DNA from: Octopus sinensis
Taxonomy: Eukaryota
Direction of reading: 5' to 3'
Assembly (NCBI RefSeq): GCF_006345805.1
Contig: NC_043000.1
Span: 56,234,001-56,298,000 of the forward strand
DNA: 64,000 bases
A model generated the notes under the pieces. It saw only the letters and a list, made by a program, of their open reading frames with translations. It did no database searches and was not told the origin of the DNA. The translations under genes and the position numbers were made by a program. Below, piece after piece: positions 24,591-37,032 of the stretch (the stretch's first letter is position 1; every line of letters starts with the position of its first letter).

Positions 24591-25802
24591 TCCACATACA
24601 TGCACACACAAATTTCAGTTCTTGTACCTATAACAGAATGGATTATTTGACATGCTTCGGCAGTTAGTACTGCAGCAAACCATTAAATACTAATATAACA
24701 TTGGCATCATAAGGTCACCAATTTGTATGTGCTTCAATACAAATATGTATTTCTATACAAAGACTACAAATTAAAATGAAGTGAACTGAACTGATATTGG
24801 ATTTATTTTTTTATACTATTTTGAGATGTGTGTTAAGCTTCCTGTCTCTTTACAGGATACAAAGATGGACTGCAAAAAGATTAGTGCACAAACTATTATG
24901 TTGTAAAGTTGCAATAAAGTTAATATTACATTTTTTTTCCTCTTTTTTTTTTTTTTGTTAATTTTCGATTAGCCAGACATGAGAGTTCTTCTCTTGGGTC
25001 CTTACAAGACTGATTTCTAATATCTGTAATAAATCATGTTAATACAAAACAGCATTTTGATTTATTTCAGAGTAGATAAAGGACTAAATATGTAGAATGC
25101 GAACGCTTGGAATTTTAGCCACATGAGAACAATGTCTTGATAAAGAAATAAATTTCTGCTAGAAAGCAGTTCAAGAGCAAACATATTATGTAAATGTTTC
25201 ATTGATTACAAATGACAGCAGTCAGTGATCTGTAAGAGATAGTCTTTTGAGCAAAGGTTGTCCTTGTTATTAATGCTTGCTAGTGACATATACAAGATTC
25301 CAATAAAGACAGTTGCCATATATGCGTCAGTATGTGACAGTATCCTTAATGCTTAAAACATATTTATATGATTAAAATACATGTATACATAGATATAATA
25401 TATACATACACACACCACACACACACACACACATATATATATGAACTCATGCACATGCATGTTTGTGGGCGTGTGTGTGAGAGAGAGAGAGAGAGAGTAT
25501 GTGTATATGGCTGCATACTTGCTGAAAACACTCAGGATTATAGTCTAAATATTATGCCACAACAAAAGTAAACATGGTTTAAATATATAAATATTAAAAA
25601 AAAATTTTTTTTTCAAAGATTAAATACATCTCTGCATACTGAGTTCTTCCGCTAATTATACAGTATTTGGGTTTTATATAGCTGTCATATAGTTACCTGG
25701 CAACAAAAGTAACTTAGATCAGATAACAGAGACATGTTGATGTTTCCAAGAACTCCATTCTTCACTGCAGTTCTACCATTACCAACTTGTTATTATACAA
25801 CA

Positions 25803-26050
25803 TTAACCCATGCTAGCATGGAGAACGGACGTTAAACGATGATGATGATGATGAAGGTGGTGAGCTGGCAGAAACGTTAGCATGCCAGGCGAAATGCTTA
25901 GTGGTATTTCATGTCTTTACATTCTGTGTTCAAATTCAGCTGAGGTCAACTTTGCCTTTCATCCTTTCAGGGTCAATAAACTAAGTACCAGTTGCATACT
26001 GGGGTTGATCTAATCAACTGGCACCCCTCCCCCAAAATTTCAGGCCTTCT
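25803..26050 (+). mobile_element. RTE tail fragment followed by SINE B
   Basis: aacccatgctagcatggagaacggacgttaaac(gat)n, then aggtggtgagctggcagaaacgttagc... through caaaatttcaggcct. Confidence 0.85.
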
Positions 26051-26322
26051 GAGCTCAAACCCTGTCCAAACCAATTCTGCTTTTGACGCTCTTTGGTGGT
26101 CCATAAAATAAACACTGGTGGGATGGGAGGGGGTTGTCTTCTTACAGATTAGTGGTCCTGTGCAAATGTTAAAAATATGGAATTGGCAGAATTATTACAA
26201 CAACAGACAAAATGCCTAGGGACATTTGTTAGAGTTCTTCATGTTTCGAGTTCAAATGCTGCTATTAAATTTTCACATCATTGGCAGGCCACAGCAAGTG
26301 GCAAGTAGCTAAGTAGTAGATG

Positions 26323-26494
26323 ACACCTGTCCAACTCTTGCAAGCATGAAAGAAACTGATATAAAATGAAGATGATAACGATGATGATGAGGAGGAGGAG
26401 GAGGAAGAGGACGGCAACGATGACAATGATGATGATGATGACACCTGTCCAACTCTTGCAAGCATGAAAGAAACTGATATAAAATGAAGATGAT

Positions 26495-26525
<31 letters not shown>

Positions 26526-26775
26526 AGGATGACAACGATGACAATGATGATGATGATGACACCTGTCCAACTCTTGCAAGCATGAAAGAAACTGATATAA
26601 AAGGAAGATGATAACGATGATGATGATGATGAGGAGGAGGAGGAGGACGACGACGACGACGACGACGACAATGATGATGATGATAACACCTGTCCAACTC
26701 TTGCAAGCATGAAAGAAACTGAAACAAAATGAAGATGGTGATGATGGTGGTGGTGACAATGATGATGATGAATGA
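26323..26775 (+). repeat. 4-copy minisatellite (118, 118 and 127 bp plus a partial copy)
   Basis: Core acacctgtccaactcttgcaagcatgaaagaaactga starts at 26323, 26441, 26559 and 26686. Confidence 0.95.
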
Positions 26776-27546
26776 TGATTGAAGGAGAGTGCTCTGTTAT
26801 CACTGCATTTGTAATTCAGAGAAACTGTTTATAACAGACAAGAGCAACTGATTAACTGATTGATTAATTACTTTATTGTTTCAACTCGGTTATTTTTCTT
26901 CAATCAACAGAGAATGATAGCACTTTGATTTACTGTAATAAAGAAAATTATAAGCTCCAGAGGAAACCTCTCAGTATGCCTAACTACTGTGATTTGACGA
27001 TATAGAGTGTTGTGACACCCCAGTTGAAAACCACTGATGTAGAGGTTCTTTTATATGCTTATCCCTCATCCATTTAACAGCTGGAAACATAGATAAATAC
27101 TGGCTGCATGATTTCTTGATAATCCACAAAAGCTTAGTGGACAATAATATCAAAAATTATTACATTGCAATCAAATCCTAATTTGCATATTCTATTACTT
27201 AAACTGAGGTCAACTTTGCCTTTCATCCTTTCAGGGTCAATAAATTAAGTACCAATCAGTCAAGACTATTGAAAAGGTTGCAAGATGCAACGAAAATTTT
27301 AGGAAAATAAAAATAAGAAATAAGTGGAAATTTTACCGGTGAGTGTGTTATATTATAAGGCACTAAAAGAAAATGACTCTCCCCAGACACAACATGCTTC
27401 AACACACGAACTCATATAAAGAATCTTGCAAACCAAATCCAAAAATGAAATTACTTAAACTAGTTATTACTAAAGTATAAAATAGCAGAGGCATTTATTT
27501 CTAAGTTAAGAAGAATAAATGCAGGTAAAGTAGCTATGTGCCTTCT

Positions 27547-27766
27547 TTAAACCTTTAGCATTTAATCTAACCATATCTGGTCCAAATATTCTATCTGTTT
27601 TAGGTTAAAGTTGACCATATCTCTTACACCTACATATAATGTTGTTCACAAAAATATAAAAACATACCATTGAAATTTTGAAGTTACAATATGTGTAATT
27701 AATTCAAAACAATGTGAATAAATAAGTAATACCTTTGACAAAGAAACCTGAATGCTAAATAGTTAA
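27547..27766. mobile_element. piggyBac-like MITE (opposite orientation)
   Basis: ttaaacctttagcattt ... gaatgctaaatagttaa. Confidence 0.75.
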
Positions 27767-27859
27767 AGGGCCATACTGGAACTTTTACAGAGAAGTTTGA
27801 AATCACAACCTTTGTTTCAGTTACAAGAACATTTTTATTGAAAGTCTTATAACTATTAT

Positions 27860-28660
27860 CTCAAACCATATTCCAGTACATCAGTCGACTTCAGATCCTA
27901 CTGCTCCATCGAAGTATGTGTTGTTGACATTAGGTACAGTCAACTTCTACTTACTCCAGTTCTGCACACCAAGTTTGGTTACTTTCTTATTTCTTTATTG
28001 CCCATAAAGGGCTAAACATAGAGGGGACAAACAAGGACAGACAAAGGGATTAACTCAATTACATTAACCCCAGTGCGTAACTGCTACTTAATTTATCGAC
28101 CCCGAAAGGATGAAAGGCAAAGTCGACCTCAGAGGAATTTGAACTCAGAACATAACAGCAGACAAAATACCTATTTCTTTACTACCCACAAGGGGCTAAA
28201 CACAGAGGAGACAAGCAAGGACAGACAAAGGGATTAAGTCGATTACATCAACCCCAGTGCGTAACTGCTACTTAATTTATCGACCCCGAAAGGATGAAGG
28301 GCAAAGTTGACCTTGACGGAATTTAAACTCAGAACATAACAGCAGACAAAATACCACTAAGCATTTCGCCCGGGGTGATAACGTTTCTGCCAGCTCGCCG
28401 CCTTTAGAAAGTTTGGTTACTTTCCAAATAGCAGTAAAATACAGTCTTTTTTTCCTGCAGACTAAAACTTTTGTTTCAGCTAGGTTTCCATTGAGTTGTT
28501 TAGATTCAAGGCTTTTTGTTTTCATGATCATTATTTCTTTTTTTAATTCTTAAGCATGTGTTCAGCATGCAAAAATCTTTATGGAAAACTGGTGTTAAAT
28601 TCCACTTTTAAAGACTAGAGAAATACATATAATAAATAGAAGGGGCTAACTGAAGCCTCT
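27860..28660 (-). mobile_element. RTE LINE ORF relic (RT end and Cys-rich segment) split by a SINE B insertion
   Basis: KSLESKQLNGNLAETKVLVCRKK resembles LESKGL(R/K)VN..KTKV; after removing the SINE it continues GK*P..VCRTGVSRS..CT*CQ (C..C..GVG.NS..C..C pattern). Confidence 0.7.
27987..28408 (-). mobile_element. SINE B head-to-tail dimer with 16-bp TSD
   Basis: aagtttggttactttc at 27971-27986 and 28409-28424; units at 27988-28171 and 28172-28402. Confidence 0.92.
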
Positions 28661-29124
28661 TTTCTTAATTCTTAAGCAGATTCAGCATATACAGAAATCC
28701 TTAAGTAAAGCTAGTTTAAAACTCCACTTTTAAGGACTAGAGAAGTATAATAATAGAAGTGGCTGAGAACTGAAGCCAGAGTGGACATCTTCCTGCACAC
28801 TAAACTCCCCATTGATCTCATTCTTAACTCTGTGCATAGTTCCCTCAAGCCTAGTTTTCTCAGCAATTACAAAAACACAGATTGCAGCATCCAATCAAAG
28901 TACTTCTCCAGTCCAATGAATGCTAGTTAGTAGTTGCTCTGTAGATGTCTCACCAAGGGAGTATTGATGGTATTCTGCCTCTCATCTGAGTTAATTCCCT
29001 TCCTCACACACATACATACACAGAGAGGCAGATAGATACAAACCTGCATACATACACACATGTATATCATGCAGGAACAACAGTATAGTTAAGAAGTTTG
29101 CTTTGTAGAAATATATTTTCAGAT

Positions 29125-29270
29125 GTAAGCATGGTTAAGTGGTTAAGAATTTCACTTCACGACTATGTGGTCTCTGGTTCAATCCCACTGCACAGCACTT
29201 CAGGCAAAAGTTTTCCACTATAGCCTAAGCCAATCAATGCCTTGTGAGTAAATTTGATAGACAGGTACTA
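29125..29270 (+). mobile_element. SINE A, 5' part
   Basis: aagcatggttaagtggttaagaa...ggttcaatcccactg...actatagcc. Confidence 0.75.
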
Positions 29271-29394
29271 TAGCAGCAGGAATAAAACCATATCTCAATA
29301 ACATACTTTTGACTGACTTAAGCTAGCATGATAAAACAGATGTAAAAACCAAATTGCTATACACATAAATATATGTATATATATATATATATCA

Positions 29395-29700
29395 TCATTA
29401 TTATCATAATCATCATCATCATTTAACATCCACTTTCCATGCTAGCATGGGTTGGATGATTTGACTGAGGACTGGCGAACGAGATGGCTGCGCCAGGCTC
29501 CAATTTGATCTGGCAAAGTTTCTACATCTGGATGCCCTTCCTAATGCCAACCACTCAGAGAGTGTAATGGATCCTTTTATGTGCCACCTGCATGAGGGCC
29601 AATCTGGCAGTACTGGCAATGGTCACACTCGAAATGGTGTTTTTTATGTGCCACCTGCACAGGAGTCAGTCCAGCGGCACTGGCAACAAATTCGCTCGAA
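29395..29700 (-). mobile_element. RTE LINE 3' tail
   Basis: (cat)n tttaacatccactttccatgctagcatggg...ggatgcccttcctaatgccaaccactc. Confidence 0.88.
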
Positions 29701-30669
29701 AGGATTATATATATACATGTATACCCACACACATAAAGATTATATTTATATAGTGTTTGCTCATTTCATTCAACATTTAATTTTCTGTGGAAAACAAGTG
29801 AGGCAGGATTTTTATGACTGGATGCTCTTCCTCTCGCCAACCATTATCTGTTTTTCAAGTAAAGGATATTTTAGTCCAGAGGAATTCAAAAGCACTGGGA
29901 AAGCACAATTTGTTGACAGGAAATGTCAACAAATCTTCATATATGCATGTATGTGTGAGTGAGCATATGTGTATACATGTATATATTTATGTAAATATCT
30001 ATGTATGCATGAATGAATTAATGAATGCTTGCATGCACATATATATATAGTGAATGAGACTGAATTTATATGCATATGAATATACAGAAATGTACAAATG
30101 CATGTATTCATGAATGTAATATGCATAGGTATTCTTGAAGTATATGAAAGCTATCTACGTTAACGTTAAATTGTTAAATTGAAATGAAAGAAAATGTTAC
30201 CTCTATCATTGCCACCACAACCCTCCACTCCCTTCCTTGCAAAAAATAAAGAACAAAAATATCTCAGAAAAATTTATAAAACACTTATTTCTTTTTTTAA
30301 TTTTTTTTTACCAATTCTATGTAATACTACAAATTTGAAGATAAGCAGGATTTTATTTGGCAGCTAAGTGTTGGAATCTTTACTCAAATCTTTGCTTTCA
30401 TCATCTCCGTTGCTTCTCGGTAATTATTAAAATGGTTGCAGCGAAGATTTTTTTTTTTAAATAAAATGATAAGGAAAAAAGAAAATGTATATTAAAGAAT
30501 AAATAAGCAAGATGCAAATGAAAATTTTAGTTGGCAAATTTGCTAGAAAAATTCATTTGGAAAACAGGAAGAATATACTCAAGTGTTAAAATGATGAAAA
30601 ATATATCTGACAGTTTCGCTGTTTTGTTACTGAGAATAAACATACTCAACAAGTGAGAGAGGCATGCAC

Positions 30670-30708
<39 letters not shown>

Positions 30709-31569
30709 TGTATAGACAGACACAGGGTGGAGAGAAAAGCAAGTGAAATATGGAAAATAAATATCAACCACCATCACCACCCCAAAAGAAAAAGGTGGGG
30801 AGAGAAAGTTTAAAAAATCAGCAAAAAAACCCCAACTTTATTATTAACATTTAGAGTCGGTATCCCTAAATTTTGAGTAAATATGCCAATAAAAATCTTT
30901 TACCTATAAAACTTCATGTGGTGAAAATAAAAGTGGTTGTATATGTATACCCATTCATATACGTAAATGCGCACGTATATTTATATATATGTGTATATAT
31001 AGATATATATGTGTATATATAGATATATCTTTATATACACACATGCATACATATATGTATGTATATTGTTACTTATAGCTGATTGTTTATTTTTTTCCCC
31101 CTACCATTTAATTTCTTCAGATATTCTGATAGACATACTAGAAATAAATCACCAAAATCAGAAGAAATCTATGAAACGAGACACATATTAAATTTTTTTT
31201 TCTTCCTTTCTCAGAGTTTGATGTAAACATTTTATATATTTATTTATTATATTTTTGCCTGCAAATTTGATTTCTCATGAAAACTTTTTTTTTCCTCTCT
31301 TTTACCATCATATTTGTTTGTTTTTTTTCCCTCCAATTTTTCTTTCTGTTCGCAATAGCTTTGTGAAACATAAAATGAAATTTAAAAATAAATCATCTTC
31401 TTTTTTCCTTTGCCCTTAAAAATGTCAAATGGAGAAGCAAGCATCATTATAGTTGGAGGAGATGAATGACTGATATGTCAGCATCACCAGGATATTTCCT
31501 TCTCTATATATTAGATTGTGTAAATTATAGAATCATGAAGGATAGAATGCATATCTGAATGGTTTAGGT

Positions 31570-31686
31570 TACTGATATTATACACAGATGCGCATATACA
31601 TATATATGTAGTATATACATAAATGAATAAGTGTTGGTGTGTATATATATATATACATACATACAAATACACATATATATACACAT

Positions 31687-31780
<94 letters not shown>

Positions 31781-31790
31781 GTGTGTGTGT
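31570..31790. repeat. (TA)/(CA) microsatellite
   Basis: Direct inspection. Confidence 0.95.
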
Positions 31791-32075
31791 GGTAACAGTA
31801 AGCAATGTATATATGTATGTTTGGGCAAGCATATTATGGTTGTTTCTGAAATCAAATTCAGCAGGTGCACTGAGATTTCTTGAAGTTAAGCAGTTAGATA
31901 ACGGTACAGAACAATATAAAGAAGCAACATAAGATTTTATACCACCACTACTACTGTCACTCGAACATGCACAGCTACTACCATTACTATTGCTACTGCT
32001 GCTGCTACTACTACTACTACTGGTAGTAAACATACAAACATACATGCACACCCATATATATATATATATAAACAT

Positions 32076-32989
32076 CTGTGTATGTGTGTGTGTATATACT
32101 GAATAGATTATTGCAATATATTTTCAAAATGCTTTTGTTACTCTCTATCTATTTCTCTACATTGTATGTGTGAATATATATAAATTTATATATAAATATA
32201 TACATATATATATATATATACACACACATACACATATATAAATATAGAGAGCAGAGACTGAAGATAAGGAGAAACATGTGCAAATGAAAGAAAAGACCAT
32301 TCAACATGCTTATAGAATTTATAACCACCTGTATTAACTATTTGACTCAGAGGTACATTACTTGAAGTTTGGCAGAAGTGAGCATAACACATACCTAGAT
32401 GTTGTGAATACTTTGGCATTCAGAAGCAGGTATCTGAGCAATCAAGAGCTTTTCTCTCATTTCTAAGAACCAGTAATGTGAATCTCATGTAAAATATTAA
32501 GACAAATACACACAAACACACTCACATATGCACACACATATACATACATGTGTGTATGTGTGTGTGTGTATATACTGAATAAATTATTGCAATATATTTT
32601 CAAAATGCTTTTGTTACTCTCTATCTATTTCTCTACATTGTGTGTGTGAATATATATAAATTTATATATAAATATATACATATATATATAAACACACACA
32701 CATGCACATATATAAATATAGAGAGCAGAGACTGAAGATAAGGAGAAACATGTGCAAATGAAAGAAAAGACCATTCAACATGCTTATAGAATTTATAACC
32801 ACCTGTATTAACTATTTGACTCAGAGGTACATTACTTAAAGTTTGGCAGAAGTGAGCATAACACATACCTAGATGTTGTGAATACCTTGGCAATCAAAAG
32901 CTTTTCTCTCATTTCTAAGAAACAGTAATGTAAAATATTAAGACAAATACACACATACACATTCACATATGCACACACATATACATACA

Positions 32990-33010
<21 letters not shown>
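32076..33010. repeat. Recent tandem duplication, period 476 bp
   Basis: gaata(g/a)attattgcaatatattttc at 32101 and 32577; bodies nearly identical apart from two small deletions in copy 2. Confidence 0.95.
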
Positions 33011-33036
<26 letters not shown>

Positions 33037-34714
33037 ACGCATAATAGAAACAGGTTTCAATAATTTTTATATTTTTTAATTCCTCTTCAAATAATTTATT
33101 TGCATGTATAAATCTTTGTTTTTATATAAAAAAAAGCATTTGCTTTTATACTTAGTGTGCATTTTTTATTTCTTTTCACTTTTCCTCTCTATATATAAAT
33201 ATATAGATATATATATATATATATATATATACTCATGCACATATAATATATACACACACATATCTATATACATGCATAAACACACATATATTCATATATA
33301 TATACACACACATATTTATACATACATATATATGTGTGTGTGTATATATATATATATATATACACACACACATATACACACACATAGATATATAAACAGA
33401 TATTGTTCAGTGACAGGAAAGGTATCCAGCTATAAAACAATGCTTCAGTTAACATATTTGTCTGACACTAGTTGGCCTGAAACTTTAAGTATTAATAACC
33501 ACCTACTGATACTTTTTTCTTCACAAAGTTGTTTGACACTGAGAAGTATTGGCATAATTTATACCACACAACATTGGAAAGTAAGATACATATGAATGTC
33601 TCAGCTGGTAACATATATACATCCATTCTAACTTATGTGGTAATGAATACTTTCCCTGCAGTTTCTACTAGCGATACCCTCCTCACTTCCATTAACAAGC
33701 TTTTCTCATAATCAAGATGGCATACCATACATAATTTATTTCAATTCAGCCTTTACTCCCTAGAGTCTCTATCTTTCATCCTCATGGATCAAGTCCTAAT
33801 CTTCAAACATTATAAATCTGTTTGTTAATGTAGCGTGAATCCACTTCTATCCTTAATAATCTAGAGCCATTTTCAATTTCGTGATTTCCGCTGAATACCA
33901 ATGATTTCATGTGATTTACTGCCCTGCCTCCTGCTTCTCTTTAGGTATGAGCTGTTTGGTGTCAAGGACCCCACACATCACACATTCTCAACCTACATTA
34001 TCATAATAATCTTCTACTTCTATTCACTGAGCTACACTCATAGCTAGCTTCACTTCCTCTCTCTCTCTCTCTCCCTCTCTCTCTTTCTCCCTCTCCCTCT
34101 CCCTCAGTACATCATCATTCCCATTTAACGTCTGTTTCCCTGTTGGCATGAGTTGGATGGTTCAACAGGCTGCAGGGAGTCAGACAACAGCACCAAGCTC
34201 CTAGATCTACTTTGGTATGGTTTCTACATTTAGATACCCCTTCCTAACACTTTAGATAATGTACTGGGTACTTTCATCATGGCACCATTACTAGGGAGAT
34301 CACCAAATAATTCACAAGACAAGACCTTCTAAACTGAGCTGGGGTGTTGTACTGAGAGACAGAAACATGTACCTTGCTGTAGAGGAGATAGTTGACTACA
34401 CCAGCTGGTCAGAGCGAAAAATGGTGGTGATGAGGTGTCAGAATACACTCTCAAGTTACAAGAAAATGAATATAAGAGAAACTATATGGACAGTGGATCA
34501 GGAAGAGTGAGTAGGTAAGTTCACAAGACTGTATTTATGCTCTTTCTTCTTTTCATTTATTAGAATTCCTATAGAATGAGGGAGCTGCTTTCTCTCAAAG
34601 AAACAAAAGCTTCATCATTAAAATTTAGATAACAACAATTGTTACATGTCAAACTTTAAGGAAGTCTTGCATATTTTTACTGTTCTACTTATAGATTGTA
34701 TTTTATCTTTTATC

Positions 34715-35045
34715 TTTTATTCGCTTGTTTCAGTCATTAGACTTCAACCTGGTACTTATTCTATCAGTCTTTTTTGCCAAACTGCTAAGTTACATGGACA
34801 TAAACACACCAACACCAGTTGTCAAGTAGTGATGGAGACAAACACAAACAAAAAGGCATATATGCATGTGTGTGTATGTATGTATGTACATGGCAGGCTT
34901 CTTTAATTTCTGTCAACCAAATCCACTCACAAGGCTTTGGTCAGCCCAATGCTATAGCAGGGTACACTCGCCCAAGGTGTCACACAGTAGGACTGAACCT
35001 GAAAGTGTGTGGTTGGAAAGCAAACTTCTTACCACACAGTCACCT
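34715..35045 (-). mobile_element. SINE A with internal deletion
   Basis: Tail cttgtttcagtcatt and head caaacttcttaccacacagtcac. Confidence 0.85.
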
Positions 35046-35289
35046 TGTGTTTCTTTCTTTGGACAGTTATATTTGGAATGCTTTTAATCAAACCTCAGGA
35101 TCCTCAGGAATAACCTTAATACAAAACAACAACCATATCAACAAATTCCTACAGTGAAAAACCTTCTATTCAACCTGCTAGAAAGGACAGCCAAGCTCCA
35201 GCAAGAAAAGAAAGGTGTGCTGGAGACTTTAGTTCTAAATACAGTGTGTGGATAAAAGGTGGGATGGCAATTAGCATCTCGCTAGTAGT

Positions 35290-35465
35290 TTTTGAGGGAG
35301 GGGGTCTACAACATTAACCTCAGTACTCGACTAGTACTTATTTCATTATCACTGAAAGGATGAAAGGCAAAGTCAACCTCAGCGGAATTTGAGCTCAGAG
35401 CATTTAGACAGATGAAATATCAATAAACATTTTGTTTGGTATGCCAACGGATTTGCCAGTTTGCT
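35290..35465 (-). mobile_element. SINE B
   Basis: gaaaggatgaaaggcaaagtcaacctcagcggaatttgagctcag. Confidence 0.8.
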
Positions 35466-35468
35466 ACC

Positions 35469-35489
35469 TTAACAACAACAACAGCAGTA

Positions 35490-35520
<31 letters not shown>

Positions 35521-35532
35521 CAACAACAACGC

Positions 35533-35583
<51 letters not shown>

Positions 35584-35590
35584 CAACAAC

Positions 35591-35650
<60 letters not shown>

Positions 35651-35742
35651 GCAGCAGCAGCAGCAGCAGCAACAACAACAACAACAACAACAACAACAGT
35701 AACAGCAACAGCAGCAGCAGCAGCAGCAACAACAACAACAAT
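35469..35742. repeat. About 270-bp (CAA/CAG)n trinucleotide tract
   Basis: Direct inspection; gives polyQ/polyT/polyA ORFs. Confidence 0.97.
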
Positions 35743-36327
35743 TGGCTTGATGTAGTACCAGGCAGTGGCTCTTGTGGCTTCTGATCTTAACTGATTGGAA
35801 GTATTATAATGTACATTTACATTGCTTTGTCTTGGTATAAAAGATGGGCTATAGCAAATATTCTGCTCAATACCACAGATTTGCTTGTCAGTTGTTTGGC
35901 CATAACCAGTTGAGCATGTCCCTTTAATGGCTGATAATATGTGTATCTCTGATCACGAGCAGAAGTAGTGGGGGAGCATCATAGCCATGTGTTGAGAGGG
36001 ATTCTTTGGGGTCTGAATAATTAACTTCTGGAAACATGGGTGTTTCGTTCAACATCCTTAAACAACCCTTATTCAGGGACCTTTTGAGTGGGATGGGTTA
36101 CTCGACTAGAAAAAAATTCTAACTGGGCCCCACATGCAAGGTCATGTGCTGTTTATCTTGATATGAGATCACCATGTCGCACACATATGGTTGTGATGCA
36201 TGTGCCTCGTGTACCCTTATCAGACGGGTAGTCATGCTGGGTATACTGGACTTCATATATTTTACCCCAGTGTCACTTTGATGGCATGCACTGCTCTCTC
36301 ACTCCATAAAAATAATAATAATAATAA
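35743..36327 (+). mobile_element. Retroposon-like element ending in (AAT)n, family unassigned
   Basis: Complex sequence ending ctctctcactccataaaaataataataataataat; its last ~180 bp recur, diverged, at 36410-36590 with their own (AAT)-like tail. Confidence 0.55.
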
Positions 36328-37032
36328 TGGAGCACTTGCAGAAAACAGTACTGCTTGGAACTGCTCAAATACTCCAGATGGTGCTCGAAAAATAAGCATC
36401 ACAACCATAATATCTTGATATCTTCAAATGAGATCACTATGTTATGCACATATTATTGTGATGCATGTACCTGGTATACCTTTATCAGACAGGTAGTCTT
36501 GATGGGTATACAGGGCTTCATATATTTTTACTCATGTCACTGTGATTGCATGTGCTGTTCTCTCACTCAATGATAATAATCATAATAATAGTATGTAGCT
36601 CTACTAGGTACAACTCACATCCTATGTAAGAAAGTTTCACTTTAATAGCATAACTCAAAGAACACACCATCTGTGTTCAACAATCACACAATAAAATAAT
36701 TGCAACACATATCACATAATAATCTGGCACTAAAACACAAAATTCCAATCACATAGCACATATGAAACATTCACCAGCCCACAAAATAATGAAACAAACA
36801 GTATATATTTTAGACAACAAAGGAAACACTAAAACAGCACCAGAAACAAGAAGCCAAACCCCATAGCAAAGCAAAATTGATTTAATATACTAACATAGGT
36901 TTACAGCTCCCAGAAACTGACATGCTGTATACATTTCAAAAACATAGGGGTACATTTTGTGATGCAGTAAAAACTTGCATAAAACTACCAAAAAGCATAA
37001 TGATAATATTTCAGTTGCATATAATCTTAAGA

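Noticed and set aside
26323-26775. CRISPR-like look (constant 37-bp core with variable spacers)
   Set aside because: Eukaryotic context, spacers are triplet microsatellites, the core derives from an RTE tail, and no cas genes are present.
26265-26803. Overlapping 149-164 aa His/Ser/Pro-rich ORFs
   Set aside because: Produced by the triplet-containing minisatellite in all three frames.
27940-27970. Strong minus-strand GTAAGT donor
   Set aside because: Lies within the RTE coding relic (VCRTGVSRS), so it is not evidence for a host exon.
35432-35755. PolyQ/polyT/polyA ORFs
   Set aside because: Pure CAA/CAG tract starting inside a SINE B; no flanking complex coding sequence or splice sites.
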